Assembly: GCA_944391335.1 (NCBI GenBank)
Contig: CALXTF010000004.1
Span: 16,412-80,411 of the forward strand
Direction: 5' to 3'
DNA: 64,000 bases
Origin: an uncultured Alphaproteobacteria bacterium
GTDB taxonomy: Bacteria; Pseudomonadota; Alphaproteobacteria; RF32; CAG-239
Positions 1 to 10,322 of the stretch are shown in pieces. Made by a program: the position numbers and the translations under genes. The notes under the pieces are model-generated. The model saw only the letters and a list, made by a program, of their open reading frames with translations. It was not told the DNA's origin and did no database searches. Within the stretch, counting starts at the first letter, position 1. Each line of letters opens with the position of its first letter.

Positions 1-72
1 TTGAAGATAGTTTATTTATAAGTAAAAAATAAAAAAAATATATATGAGTGAAGTATTTATTCTCAAGAGTTG

Positions 73-103
73 AAAAGCTCCGTATTTTTAATACGGAGCT
101 TTT
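73..103. terminator. Stem-loop terminator downstream of the 113..535 (-) gene
   Basis: Inverted repeat AAAAGCTCCGTAT / ATACGGAGCTTTT around a short AT loop. The A-run and T-run are part of the arms, so it could terminate in either direction. Confidence 0.6.
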
Positions 104-112
104 CATGATTTG

Positions 113-535
113 TCATTGTTTGAAATTCCAAATAATGGCCAAAGCACTTAGGCGATTCCAATAGGTTCGACTCGTCTCGGTTTTCTGATAGAGATCCAAG
201 TTAGGATCTTGCCAGATAGTTTCCAATTTCTTGAGGTATTTATCTACCAAGAAATTGAAGCCGTTTTCTTTGACGATCCTGTGCAAGTAGAAATCTTGAC
301 TGGAAAGGGGAAGTTCCCAAAAGAAATTGTCGAATTCCGGTGCATCATAGGCAATAGGATGTCTCAACCAATAAATTTTTTGTTTTTGCTGACGTCTGTA
401 ATTTGCGATGTAAATACATCCGGAGATGAAACATACTGCAAAAATAAGACCTCCGATTGTCAGAGGAAGCAAGAAATAACATAACAATGCAATGCAGGCC
501 AAACTGAGACCTAAAACAATTAAACGTTTTTTCAT
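113..535 (-). CDS. Hypothetical small membrane protein
   Basis: 140-aa ORF with two hydrophobic N-terminal segments (LIVLGLSLACIALLCYFLL, GGLIFAVCFISGCIYIA). No family motif recognised. Confidence 0.5.
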   Translation of the reverse strand: MKKRLIVLGLSLACIALLCYFLLPLTIGGLIFAVCFISGCIYIANYRRQQKQKIYWLRHPIAYDAPEFDNFFWELPLSSQDFYLHRIVKENGFNFLVDKYLKKLETIWQDPNLDLYQKTETSRTYWNRLSALAIIWNFKQ

Positions 536-700
536 GATAATAAAATTAAAAATAAAAAACTAAAAATAAACGACATATTGACAAAATATAACAGAAAATA
601 TCAAATGTCAAGTATAAAAATATTATATTTTATGAAAAGTTATAAAAACTATATAGGATAAATATTTCAATAAGAGAAAGATTAAGTTTAATTTTAAAAC

Positions 701-733
701 ATAAAAATACCGGTTATAACTGACCGGTATTTT
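701..733 (-). terminator. Rho-independent terminator of rpmG
   Basis: ATACCGGT-N8-ACCGGTAT hairpin about 25 nt past the rpmG stop. On the minus strand it is followed by TTTTAT. Confidence 0.6.
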
Positions 734-754
734 CAGTTAGATAAAATAAAAGAA

Positions 755-922
755 TTACTTTAATTTCTTTTCAACAAATTCTTCATGTTTTTTTGTTTTT
801 TTATCATATTTTTTCATGGATAATTTTTCCGGATGAGTTCTGGGATTTTTTTCTGCAATGAAAAAAGTTCCTGTTCCGGCTGTACTTTCCATTTTAACTT
901 TAACTTTTACTGCTTTTGCCAT
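755..922 (-). CDS. rpmG: 50S ribosomal protein L33
   Basis: 55-aa ORF below the track size cut-off, translated by hand: MAKAVKVKVKMESTAGTGTFFIAEKNPRTHPEKLSMKKYDKKTKKHEEFVEKKLK. It carries the L33 hallmark S(T/S)AGTG.F....KN.R..PEKL...KYD. Confidence 0.85.
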   Translation of the reverse strand: MAKAVKVKVKMESTAGTGTFFIAEKNPRTHPEKLSMKKYDKKTKKHEEFVEKKLK

Positions 923-1036
923 CTCTTTATACTCTTAAAATTTTAAGTTAAACACAATTTTCTGTAATATAACGTTTTTTGTTTTCTTGTCAACAGCTTT
1001 TTATACGATAGTTTTTTGTAGTATAAAGAATGTATT

Positions 1037-2296
1037 TTAAGCTGTTTGTTTGATAAGTCCAAATTTCTTTTTACCCTGAGTAATTTTAATTTGTCCATCA
1101 ATAATATCTTTATCATTAAAAATATAATTTTCATCATTAATGACTTTATCATTTATTTTAATACCGTTTTGTTTGATTAATCGTCGTACTTCACCTTTAC
1201 TTGAGCAAAATCCGATTTCAACAAATGCGTCTAAGACGGATAAACCGTTAAGTATTTCTTTTTCCAATACGGGCAGTTCATTTCCGGTACCGCCTTGTTC
1301 GAAAGTTTGAACGGCTGTTTGTTGAGCGGCTATAGCTTGTTTTTCACCTCGGCAAATTTTAGTTGCCTCATAAGCGAGAATTTTTTTAGCTTCATTAATC
1401 TCTTGATCTTTTAATTTTTCCAGTCGGTGAATTTCATCTATTGGCAAATCTGTATATATGCGTAAACATTTTCCGACTTCACTATCATTAAGATTGCGAA
1501 AATATTGATAATAGGCATAAGAAGAAAGTTTATCCTCATTAATCCATATAGCGTTTCCTTCTGATTTTCCCATTTTTTTACCGGCAGAATCAGTGATAAT
1601 CGGACTTGTGAAACCAAATAGTTCTACATCATATTTTCGTCGCCCGAGTTCTGTTCCGGAAGTAATATTGCCCCATTGATCAGATCCGGCTATTTGAGCG
1701 CGGCATCCATGTTTTTTATAGAGTTCGCAAAAGTCGTAACCTTGAAGCAGCATATAATTAAATTCAAGAAAACTCATCGGCTGTTCACGTTCTAGTCTGC
1801 TTTTTACACTATCCATTGTCAACATCCGGTTTACCGAATAATATGTACCGATATCACGAAGAAAAGAAAGATAATTGATATTTTCAAACCATTCCCAATT
1901 ATCAACCATTAGAGCATCTGTTTTCCCATCGCCGAATTTTAGGAAATTGGCAAAAGATTTTTTTAATCCTTTAATATTATATTCTAAAGTTTCCGCGCTT
2001 AAAAAAGGGCGTAATTTATCTTTTCCGGACGGATCTCCAATACGAGCTGTTGCTCCTCCGACAAGGGCGATAGGTTTATGTCCGCATTTTTGAAACCATC
2101 GTAACATCATTAAAGGAACGATATGACCGACATGCAAACTATCTCCGGTTGGATCGGAACCCAAATATCCTATTGCAGGAATTCCTTTTTTTTCACATTC
2201 AAAGAGATAATTATCAAAGCCTTCTTCATTTGTGCATTGATTGTAAAAACCACGTTCCAGCATAATATTGAGAAATTCAGATTTAAATTGCGTCAT
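1037..2296 (-). CDS. tyrS: Tyrosine--tRNA ligase
   Basis: 419 aa. HIGH-type motif (DSLHVGH), KMSKS-type motif (KMGKS), GDPSGK, and a C-terminal S4-like domain. Confidence 0.95.
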   Translation of the reverse strand: MTQFKSEFLNIMLERGFYNQCTNEEGFDNYLFECEKKGIPAIGYLGSDPTGDSLHVGHIVPLMMLRWFQKCGHKPIALVGGATARIGDPSGKDKLRPFLSAETLEYNIKGLKKSFANFLKFGDGKTDALMVDNWEWFENINYLSFLRDIGTYYSVNRMLTMDSVKSRLEREQPMSFLEFNYMLLQGYDFCELYKKHGCRAQIAGSDQWGNITSGTELGRRKYDVELFGFTSPIITDSAGKKMGKSEGNAIWINEDKLSSYAYYQYFRNLNDSEVGKCLRIYTDLPIDEIHRLEKLKDQEINEAKKILAYEATKICRGEKQAIAAQQTAVQTFEQGGTGNELPVLEKEILNGLSVLDAFVEIGFCSSKGEVRRLIKQNGIKINDKVINDENYIFNDKDIIDGQIKITQGKKKFGLIKQTA

Positions 2297-2366
2297 TGTT
2301 TTTGCCCTTTATAAAATTTTAACGTCTAACAACATATAATCATAATGAATTGAATGCAATAATTTC

Positions 2367-3491
2367 TTGAATAAATTAATGAACAATAATATCAAAAGTA
2401 TAACAACATTAGGAATTTCCGGTTCGACATCGCTTGATGGACTTGGTTTGTCGCTTATGGAAACAGATGGTATAGATGTATATCGACAAGGAACATCATA
2501 TATTGTACCATATGAAGATAATTTATTAGAGCAAATATATTCGATTTTAGGGAAAAGAGCCGATTCGCAGTCGGATATGGAAAAGATTCAAAAAGTTCAA
2601 AAGAATTATACCGAGTTTGCGGTAAAAATGGCAAAAGAATTTATTAATGACGAAGGTTTAAGACCAGATATTATAGGATTTGCTGGTCATACGACCTGCC
2701 ACCGCCCTCAAGAACATTATACCCATCAAATTGGTGATGGGCAAATGATGGCAAATTTGATGGAAATTAAAACAATAGCTCATTTTCGTAATGCTGATAT
2801 TTTAGCCGGTGGTCAGGGAGCTCCTTTCGCTCCGGTCTATTATCAAGCATTAACGTCTAAGATGGAACATCCGCTTGTTGTTATTGATATAGGGGGAACA
2901 GCAGAGATAGTTTGGTTCGGCTCGAACGGAGAAATGAAAGCTTTTGTCAGTGGTCCGGGAAATGCGATTATTAATGATTGGGTTATAAAGCATAGTGGGC
3001 AACAAATGGACTATAATGGAAGATTGGCAATTAGTGGTAAAACTGATGAAAAAATATTAGCGACATTGATGCATCATAAATATATAGCACTTAATCCGCC
3101 TAAAGCTTGTGATCGGACGATTTTTTTAGAAAAAGCGGAACATTTGGAAGGATTGTCATTAGAAGATGGGGCGGCAACGGCAACCTCATTTGTCGCTGAG
3201 TCGATTGCTTATTCCATGGCTTTGTTTTTACCGGAACCGCCGCAAAGAGTAATCGTTTGTGGAGGAGGTGCAAAAAATCCAACATTAATGCGTTTTATAC
3301 GTCAACGGCTTAGTGATATAACAATAGAAACAGCTGTTGATGTTGGGTGGCAACCGGAAGCAGTGGATGCTCAAGAAGCGGCTTTTTGGGCTGTTCGACG
3401 TTTGTATTATTTGCCGATAAGTTTTCCCTCGACAACCGGGGCGGTTGAACCGGTTATAGGCGGAGAAATTTTTGAACCATCTTCTGGGTAA
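2367..3491 (+). CDS. anmK: Anhydro-N-acetylmuramic acid kinase
   Basis: N-terminal GISGSTSLDG and C-terminal GGGAKNPTLM are typical AnmK signatures. The track start is TTG at 2367; ATG at 2379 is an alternative. Confidence 0.85.
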   Translation: MNKLMNNNIKSITTLGISGSTSLDGLGLSLMETDGIDVYRQGTSYIVPYEDNLLEQIYSILGKRADSQSDMEKIQKVQKNYTEFAVKMAKEFINDEGLRPDIIGFAGHTTCHRPQEHYTHQIGDGQMMANLMEIKTIAHFRNADILAGGQGAPFAPVYYQALTSKMEHPLVVIDIGGTAEIVWFGSNGEMKAFVSGPGNAIINDWVIKHSGQQMDYNGRLAISGKTDEKILATLMHHKYIALNPPKACDRTIFLEKAEHLEGLSLEDGAATATSFVAESIAYSMALFLPEPPQRVIVCGGGAKNPTLMRFIRQRLSDITIETAVDVGWQPEAVDAQEAAFWAVRRLYYLPISFPSTTGAVEPVIGGEIFEPSSG

Positions 3492-3583
3492 CATTTCAAA
3501 TAAAGAAAAATTAATGAATTTATAAACTAATTTTTGACTATAAAATCGTTTTTTAAAGGTTGAGATAAAATTTTCCCGAATTT

Positions 3584-4252
3584 TTAGCGAGACAATTTCT
3601 CTTGAACCATTCGATTGACAATATCCGTTGCCGATAGATTCTTTTCTTTTTCGGCAATAGGTGTCAATCTTTGTTTGTTTTCTTCTTCTATTTGTTTTAT
3701 TTTGTTTTCATCTTGTTTTTGAAAAGCAAGATCAAGAGGTGTCTTTATATCTTGATTCTGATAGGGCGTAGAAGCGTAAACATCGTTTACACTATGATAA
3801 TCCGTTGATTTTCTAACCTCTCGGTCAAGTTTTCTTTTAATGCGGATTTTTTCCCGTAAATAGGCAATTTTGTTTAGAGTGTCTTCACGGGTTTCTCCTG
3901 TTCGTTTATTAGTTATTTTGCGAAAGCCGGTCGCAGCATCTGTATCCATAAAAACAGAAGTTTCTTTACGTTTTTTGTTAATGTATTTAGAAAGCAGACT
4001 TCCATTGTCTTGAGAATTATATTGTTTTTTTAAATTTCCTTCTTTGGCTAAAGGCGATGGTTCTTGAGTGTTTATTTGTTCGCGGGTTGTTGTTTCTTCG
4101 CGCAATCTTTCTTTACTGTCGAAAGTTTTCTCTGTTGTAATTTTGTGTTCTTTAATATTTTGACCATTTTCATAATTAATTTTAATATTTGTTGTAGATT
4201 GAGAAATAGTTTTGTTTGTTCCAATTCCCCTTGCGTTTTTCTCTTTTTCCAC
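3584..4252 (-). CDS. Hypothetical charged low-complexity protein, possibly the distal part of a gene cut by a nonsense codon
   Basis: 222-aa ORF beginning at GTG. The same frame stays open for 40 more codons upstream, to a TAA that follows an ATG with a good RBS (see findings). Confidence 0.45.
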   Translation of the reverse strand: MEKEKNARGIGTNKTISQSTTNIKINYENGQNIKEHKITTEKTFDSKERLREETTTREQINTQEPSPLAKEGNLKKQYNSQDNGSLLSKYINKKRKETSVFMDTDAATGFRKITNKRTGETREDTLNKIAYLREKIRIKRKLDREVRKSTDYHSVNDVYASTPYQNQDIKTPLDLAFQKQDENKIKQIEEENKQRLTPIAEKEKNLSATDIVNRMVQEKLSR

Positions 4253-4501
4253 GGTTTTTACGGTTGTAGATGTAATTAATTGATTATCATCAAGACTATC
4301 GACGGTTCGTGAGACATTGATATCGGTGGTTGAATTTCCATTGACCAGATGAGCCTGATCCTCAGAATATTTTTAATATTCCGAGTTATCTGTATCATTA
4401 ACATCATTGTTCATTTTGTGTCTCCATAAAAGATAAAGCTAAGATTAGTATACTTTAAAATGCGGTTTTAATCAATATTTCAATGGGGGTATTTAAAATA
4501 A

Positions 4502-4789
4502 TTATTCATGAAAATGAATGGTTGTCTGATAATCATAGATTGTTTGTCTGGTATTATAATCGGTTTCGATGATGACGACAGATTGTTTTGTTTTTAATAA
4601 TTCTTGAGCTTTTGGGTGAAGATTATCAAGAACCAAGACATCTCCTGTACTCCGATAAAGAAGAGCGGAATTGCCGCCATTATAAATTATTTCAGTTTTT
4701 TTCCCAGGAGGTGTTGTTTGAGCTGGCAAAATAAAAGCAGCTTTACCATCTGTGGTGACAAGCAGTTGATAATTTTTAGCGCATTCCAT
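4502..4789 (-). CDS. Hypothetical protein
   Basis: 95-aa ORF with no recognisable motif, co-oriented with its neighbours. Confidence 0.4.
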   Translation of the reverse strand: MECAKNYQLLVTTDGKAAFILPAQTTPPGKKTEIIYNGGNSALLYRSTGDVLVLDNLHPKAQELLKTKQSVVIIETDYNTRQTIYDYQTTIHFHE

Positions 4790-4798
4790 GATTGAAAA

Positions 4799-5053
4799 TT
4801 ATCTTTTGTGAGCATTATCCGCGGCGTTTTTTAATGCTAAAACCTCGCCGATGTTTGTAACTTTGCAGGCAAGATTAGAAACATCCTTAACCTTTTCGGC
4901 AAGAGCGGTGCTTCCAAGGACAGATGTGAGATTATTCATTTCTGTCATCACAAAGCCGGTTGCGTTCATTCCGCAAAAGATAAGGAAAGCGGAACCCATA
5001 AAGCCGTATTTTGCAGATAGTGTGTCAGCGACAGAATTTTTGTTTTGTGCCAT
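4799..5053 (-). CDS. Hypothetical small protein
   Basis: Start moved to the internal ATG (MAQNKNSV...) because AAAGGAG lies 8 nt upstream. The longer track ORF (to 5170) has no RBS. Confidence 0.45.
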   Translation of the reverse strand: MAQNKNSVADTLSAKYGFMGSAFLIFCGMNATGFVMTEMNNLTSVLGSTALAEKVKDVSNLACKVTNIGEVLALKNAADNAHKR

Positions 5054-5357
5054 TATCAACAGCTCCTTTCTTAAACATCTAAAATATTTAACATTTAGAC
5101 AAAAGGTAGCATTTTTTTTAGTCTGTGTCAATAAAAATATTTCACTATATGATATAAATTCTTGACTCAATATTTTTGTTGTATTAAATTAGCATAACAA
5201 AAGATAAAAAGACAGGATTGTCAAAGATGTGCAGCCATTATATATATTTCTTCTCGACTATTATCCCCTAAGGGGATTATATTTACACACATAAAATTCA
5301 AAAATCAAATAAATAAAATTCGTTTGTAAAATTATCAAATTTTAGGATATTGAAATA

Positions 5358-8300
5358 ATGACAAAACATTATGCAGAGCAGCAGGCAAAGCCGGATTTTG
5401 CCGCAATGGAAAAAAATGTTCTCAAATTTTGGGAAGAAGATAAAACCTTTGAAAAATCAGTTCATAACCGAGATAAAGCCGCCGAATTTGTCTTTTATGA
5501 CGGTCCCCCGTTTGCCAACGGAACACCGCATTACGGACATATTATGATTTCTTATGTTAAAGATGTGGTTGCACGTTTTCAAACAATGAACGGTAAAAAA
5601 GTCGATCGCCGTTTGGGATGGGACTGTCATGGTTTGCCGGCAGAAATGTCTGCCGAAAAGCAGTTAAATGTTTCGGGCCGTAAACAAATTGAAGAATATG
5701 GAGTTGAAAAATTTAATAATTTCTGTCGTCAGGATGTGCTTAAATATTCGGGTATTTGGGTAGATATGTTCAAGCGTATCGGTCGTTGGGTTGATTTTTC
5801 TCACGATTATAAAACGATGGATTTGCCGTTTATGGAAAGTGTTATTCATAATTTTAAGGATTTATACGACAAGGGCTTGGTTTATGAAGATTTTAGAGTT
5901 TTGCCCTATTCTTGGGCGGCGGAAACCCCGCTTTCAAACTTTGAAGTCAATCAAGGTTATCAAGATAAAACAGATAACGCTATTACGGTTATGTTTAAGC
6001 TCGAAAACGGGATGAAAATTTTAGTGTGGACAACGACGCCATGGACCTTGCCTTCCAACTTAATGTTAGCAGTTGGAAAAGACATCAGTTATGCGGTTAT
6101 GGAAGAAGACGGGGAAAAATATATCCTGGCAGAGGCTTTGCTTGGCCGATATAAAAAACAATTAGAACACGCCGAAAAAGTGGGTACGATAAAAGGTTTC
6201 GATTTGGTTGGTTTAAGCTATGAACCGATGTTTCCTTACTTTAAACATTTGAAAGAAAAAGGAGCGTTTAAAGTTTTATCTGGTGAATTTGTTTCAACCG
6301 AAGATGGCACCGGTATTGTTCATATTGCCCCTGGCTTTGGTCAGGATGACTTTGAAGCTTGCCGCGCTTATGATGAAAATTTTCCGATAGTTTGCCCTGT
6401 TGACGAAGCGGGAAAATTTACTTCAGAAGTTTCTGATTACGAAGGGAAACAAGTATTTGAAACCAATGAACCAATAATGCAGTGGTTAAAACAAAACGGC
6501 TTGTTGGTTAAAAAAGAACAGTATACACACTCATACCCCTTTTGTTGGCGTACGGATACTCCGTTGATTTATAAAGCTATGTCTTCATGGTTTGTTAAAG
6601 TTACCGATTTTAGAGATGAAATGGTTAAACTTAATCAACAAATCAACTGGGTGCCGGAACATATTAAAGATGGTCGATTCGGTAAATGGTTGGAAGGAGC
6701 CAGAGATTGGTCAATTTCACGCAACCGCTTTTGGGGTACGCCGATTCCGGTATGGAAATCCGATGATCCGAGATATCCCAATATTGATGTTTTTGGTTCT
6801 ATTGCCGAAATTAAAGAAAAAACAGGTGTTGAAATTAAGGATTTACATAAACCTTATATTGATAATGTAGTTTATCCCAATCCCAAAGATCCAACAGGTA
6901 AAAGTATGATGCGCCGTGTATCAGATGTTTTTGATTGTTGGTTTGAATCGGGATCAATGCCTTATGCGCAAATACATTATCCGTTTGACAATAAAGAGTG
7001 GTTTGAAAATCATTTTCCGGCAGATTTTATTGTTGAAGCCATGGATCAAACTCGTGGTTGGTTTTATACTTTAACGGTATTGTCAACGGCTTTGCATCAT
7101 AAACCGGCGTTCAAAAATTGTGTTTGTACCGGTTTACTGATGGCCGAAGGAGGTCAAAAACTGTCTAAACGCCTGAAAAACTATCCAGATCCGAATGAGG
7201 TTTTGGATAAAATTGGTTCCGATACCCTGCGTTGGTTTTTGATATCCTCTCCGGTTTTAAAGGGAGGATGTGTCGCTATTGATAAAGAAGGGAAAGAAAT
7301 AATCAAAGCCGCGCGTGTGGCTCAAATTCCATTATGGAATGCGTTTTATTTCTTTACCTTATATGCTAATGCCGAAGGTTATAAAGCTAAAGAAGTCAGT
7401 TCGTCAAATGAATTTTTAGACAATTATATTTTAGCGAAATTAAAAAAATTATCGCAAGAGGTAAAAAAAGGCCTTGAGATATATGATATAGCTCATTCCT
7501 GCAACGAAACAGCATCATTTATGGAAGTTTTAAACAATTGGTATATTCGCCGTACACGTGATCGTTTTTGGGAAGGAGATGAACAAGCTTTTGATGTTTT
7601 ATACACTGTTTTGGTGAACTTGTGTAAAATTATGGCTCCATTAATGCCGTTTACCACCGAATATGTTTATCAGTCCTTAGTTGACGCCAAAGCTTCTGTG
7701 CATTTGACAGACTATCCTGTGCTTAATGAAATTAAATCCGATGACGATTTGGTTAGTGAAATGGATTTTGTTCAAGATTTATGTTCGGCCGGTAAATTTA
7801 TTCGTGAAGAAAAAAATTTGCGTAATCGTTTACCTTTGGCAAGTTTGACAGTTGCCGGTTCGAATCTCGGATTCTTAAATCAGCAATATCAAGACATCAT
7901 CAAAGATGAACTTAATGTTAAAGCTGTTAATGTTGATGAAAACGTAACCAACTATGCAATACGCTCTTTATATCTTTATACGCCGCTTTTAGGTAAAAAA
8001 TTAGGTAAAGATATGGGTAAAGTTATGGCTGCGTATAATCAATATAAAAAATCTGGTGAAGTTTGTTGGCAAGAGCAGGGAGAAGGAATTATGATAGCCG
8101 ATATTGAACTTTCTCCGGACTTATACGAAGAACGTTTGGAGATTATAGGTGGTAAGGCCGGAAAATCTTTTGCCGATAATAAAGCGGTGGTTGTCCTTGA
8201 TACAGAAGTTACACCTGCTTTAGCTAAAGAAGGTATGGCGCGTGATTTTGTTCGTTTAATTCAAAATCTGCGTAAAGAAAAAGATTTTAATATTTCCGAT

Positions 8301-8495
8301 CGCATTAAACTTTGTTGGCAAACTGAAAATGAAACTTTGCGTGAAGCTCTAAGAGAAAACGAGGCTTATATTAAATCACAGGTTTTGGTTCCGCAAGAAG
8401 AAAAGGTTGTTGAAACCTGTTCTAATGGGACACAAGGCGAAATTGAAGGAATTGTCCTTAGTTTTAATGTCGAAGTCTTGAAAAAGGGAGCTTAA
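5358..8495 (+). CDS. ileS: Isoleucine--tRNA ligase, type 2 (eukaryote-like) form
   Basis: 1045 aa. PPFANGTPHYGH (HIGH region), KLSKRLKN (KMSKS region), a CP1 editing-domain region and a long type-2 C-terminus. Confidence 0.95.
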   Translation: MTKHYAEQQAKPDFAAMEKNVLKFWEEDKTFEKSVHNRDKAAEFVFYDGPPFANGTPHYGHIMISYVKDVVARFQTMNGKKVDRRLGWDCHGLPAEMSAEKQLNVSGRKQIEEYGVEKFNNFCRQDVLKYSGIWVDMFKRIGRWVDFSHDYKTMDLPFMESVIHNFKDLYDKGLVYEDFRVLPYSWAAETPLSNFEVNQGYQDKTDNAITVMFKLENGMKILVWTTTPWTLPSNLMLAVGKDISYAVMEEDGEKYILAEALLGRYKKQLEHAEKVGTIKGFDLVGLSYEPMFPYFKHLKEKGAFKVLSGEFVSTEDGTGIVHIAPGFGQDDFEACRAYDENFPIVCPVDEAGKFTSEVSDYEGKQVFETNEPIMQWLKQNGLLVKKEQYTHSYPFCWRTDTPLIYKAMSSWFVKVTDFRDEMVKLNQQINWVPEHIKDGRFGKWLEGARDWSISRNRFWGTPIPVWKSDDPRYPNIDVFGSIAEIKEKTGVEIKDLHKPYIDNVVYPNPKDPTGKSMMRRVSDVFDCWFESGSMPYAQIHYPFDNKEWFENHFPADFIVEAMDQTRGWFYTLTVLSTALHHKPAFKNCVCTGLLMAEGGQKLSKRLKNYPDPNEVLDKIGSDTLRWFLISSPVLKGGCVAIDKEGKEIIKAARVAQIPLWNAFYFFTLYANAEGYKAKEVSSSNEFLDNYILAKLKKLSQEVKKGLEIYDIAHSCNETASFMEVLNNWYIRRTRDRFWEGDEQAFDVLYTVLVNLCKIMAPLMPFTTEYVYQSLVDAKASVHLTDYPVLNEIKSDDDLVSEMDFVQDLCSAGKFIREEKNLRNRLPLASLTVAGSNLGFLNQQYQDIIKDELNVKAVNVDENVTNYAIRSLYLYTPLLGKKLGKDMGKVMAAYNQYKKSGEVCWQEQGEGIMIADIELSPDLYEERLEIIGGKAGKSFADNKAVVVLDTEVTPALAKEGMARDFVRLIQNLRKEKDFNISDRIKLCWQTENETLREALRENEAYIKSQVLVPQEEKVVETCSNGTQGEIEGIVLSFNVEVLKKGA

Positions 8496-8496
8496 A

Positions 8497-8967
8497 ATGC
8501 GTTTGGCACTCTTTCAACCGGATATGCCGCAAAACACAGGTACCATGCTTCGGCTTGGTGCCTGCGTCGATGTTGAGGTCGATATTATTGAACCTTGCGG
8601 TTTTGTGTTTGATGAGCGGGCTTTGCGCCGCTATGGAATGGATTATTTGGAATTAGTAAAATATCGTCATCATAATTCTTGGGATGATTTTTGCAACTAT
8701 GCATATTCGCATCCGGAAGAATATGGCAGAATTATCTTGCTGACGACAAAATCCTTGATACCATACTATAATTTTGAATTTCGCCCGAATGACGTATTGT
8801 TGGTTGGACGTGAGAGTGCCGGTGTTCCCGAAGAGGTTCATAATACAGTGGATGCAAGATTGACCATACCGATGACAGATGCCGCTCGTTCAATCAATGT
8901 GGCTGTATCGGCAACAATGGTTTTGGGTGAAGCATTGCGCCAAACAAATCTATTTCCACATAAATAA
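8497..8967 (+). CDS. trmL: tRNA (cytidine/uridine-2'-O)-methyltransferase, SpoU/TrmL family
   Basis: 156 aa. The N-terminus LFQPDMPQNTGTMLRLGA...IIEP and the C-terminal SINVAVSA knot region match the TrmL (YibK) pattern. Confidence 0.85.
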   Translation: MRLALFQPDMPQNTGTMLRLGACVDVEVDIIEPCGFVFDERALRRYGMDYLELVKYRHHNSWDDFCNYAYSHPEEYGRIILLTTKSLIPYYNFEFRPNDVLLVGRESAGVPEEVHNTVDARLTIPMTDAARSINVAVSATMVLGEALRQTNLFPHK

Positions 8968-9066
8968 AACAAAAAAAGAAAAAATAGACTGGATTTATGT
9001 GTAAAAATATGATATACTCCTTTTTGTTTAAGATAATAAAAGGCTTCTAAGTATAATTTTAATAAT

Positions 9067-9609
9067 ATGGGAAAACAGCTAATGAATAAAAAAACAACAT
9101 TTAAAAACGCCTTTAATTCCGGAGAATTTGTCGTCTATCCTGCACACGGCGTTGGTCAAGTCTCCGATATTTCTAAACAAAAAATCGGCGGAGCAGAATT
9201 AGAACTGATTGTTGTTAATTTCGATAAAGATAAAATGACTCTACGTATACCTCTTAATAAAGCAGAAAGTGTCGGATTGCGTAAAATTTCCGAAACATCA
9301 ACGATGAATGAAGCTTTAAATGTATTAAAAGGTAAAGCCAAAACAAGAAAAATTATGTGGTCGCGCCGAGCTCAGGAATACGAAAATAAAATTAATTCCG
9401 GAAATCCCGTGGCTATCGCAGAAGTCGTTCGCGATCTTCACCGACGTGAAAATCTGTCGGAACAATCTTATAGTGAACGACAAATCTATGAACAAGCACT
9501 CGATCGGTTAGCCAATGAATATGCTATTTGCAATAATATGAGTTCCGGTGACGCGACAAAACAACTCTTAAATATTTTATCGGCAGAAACAATAGAAGCT
9601 GCAGAATAA
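9067..9609 (+). CDS. carD: CarD/CdnL family transcriptional regulator
   Basis: F..GEFVVYPAHGVGQV N-terminal Tudor-like signature and a size of about 170-180 aa. ATG at 9082 is an alternative start. Confidence 0.85.
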   Translation: MGKQLMNKKTTFKNAFNSGEFVVYPAHGVGQVSDISKQKIGGAELELIVVNFDKDKMTLRIPLNKAESVGLRKISETSTMNEALNVLKGKAKTRKIMWSRRAQEYENKINSGNPVAIAEVVRDLHRRENLSEQSYSERQIYEQALDRLANEYAICNNMSSGDATKQLLNILSAETIEAAE

Positions 9610-9624
9610 ATTCTTTGATGTAAA

Positions 9625-9666
9625 AATAATATTCCCATGCTAAAACTCATGGGAATATTATTTTAA
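9625..9666 (+). terminator. Rho-independent terminator after carD
   Basis: AATAATATTCCCATG / CATGGGAATATTATT perfect 15-bp stem with an 8-nt loop, followed by TTTT. Confidence 0.75.
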
Positions 9667-9779
9667 AATGTTATCATAAAGATGTGTATAACTTTGTGAA
9701 CAAAAAAAATCCTATTTGCAATTTATAAAGAGTCTGACTAACCTTTAATTAAGATATATTAATAAAGGGTTAAACAGAA

Positions 9780-10196
9780 ATGTCTGATATAAATGAAATC
9801 AATATAGTTAAAACAGATGGCGTTGTTATTACAGGTGGTTCGGAATTAGTCGATTCGTCTGTATTAAATACCGGAGAATTTCTGTGGGGGTATTATTTCT
9901 GTATTGAGAATAATTCTGACGAGAAAATTACTTTAATCGGAAAAGACTGGAATATTACAGATGAAGAAGGACGTCATTTTTGTGATAATTCGGAAGGCTT
10001 TTCCGGAGAAATTCCGGAATTGGAACCGGGAGAATATTTTGAGTTCAGTGCGACAGCCCCTCTTAAAACGGCTCATGCTGTATTTTATGGTAGTTGTAAA
10101 ATTCTTAAAGGTGCGGCAAAAATTGCTAAAAATATACGTTTACCTATACTTACCTTTGATGTAAAACAACAAAAATCATTAGCGACCCTTAATTAG
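9780..10196 (+). CDS. apaG: ApaG-like (DUF525) protein
   Basis: YYFCIENNSDEKITLIGKDWNITDEEG...GEIPELEPGEYFEFSA follows the ApaG pattern (Y.I.IeN.s...vqLl.R.W.ItD..G....V.G.GVvG.qP.l.PGe.F.Y.S). Confidence 0.7.
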   Translation: MSDINEINIVKTDGVVITGGSELVDSSVLNTGEFLWGYYFCIENNSDEKITLIGKDWNITDEEGRHFCDNSEGFSGEIPELEPGEYFEFSATAPLKTAHAVFYGSCKILKGAAKIAKNIRLPILTFDVKQQKSLATLN

Positions 10197-10267
10197 ATTA
10201 TAAAAAACTCTAAGTAAATTAATTTCTTTAGGTATTAAAATTCATTTTATCCGCTTGCTTTAATGGT

Positions 10268-10298
10268 AAAAAAAAAGCCTCATTTAAGAGGCTTTTTT
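10268..10298. terminator. Bidirectional terminator between convergent apaG and the lipoprotein gene
   Basis: A-run, GCCTC, ATTTAA, GAGGC, then a T-run. Confidence 0.6.
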
Positions 10299-10322
10299 AA
10301 AATAAATCCATGAAAAATATTT

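Noticed and set aside
943-1152. 69-aa minus-strand ORF overlapping the tyrS 3' end
   Set aside because: It is out of frame with tyrS, is lysine/leucine-rich low complexity typical of AT-rich DNA, and has no RBS.
5260-5280. Hairpin ATTATCCCC-TAA-GGGGATTAT in the divergent ileS upstream region
   Set aside because: It is a short stem (6 perfect bp plus a mismatch) with no T-run and no T-box or attenuator features. Evidence is too thin to call a regulator.
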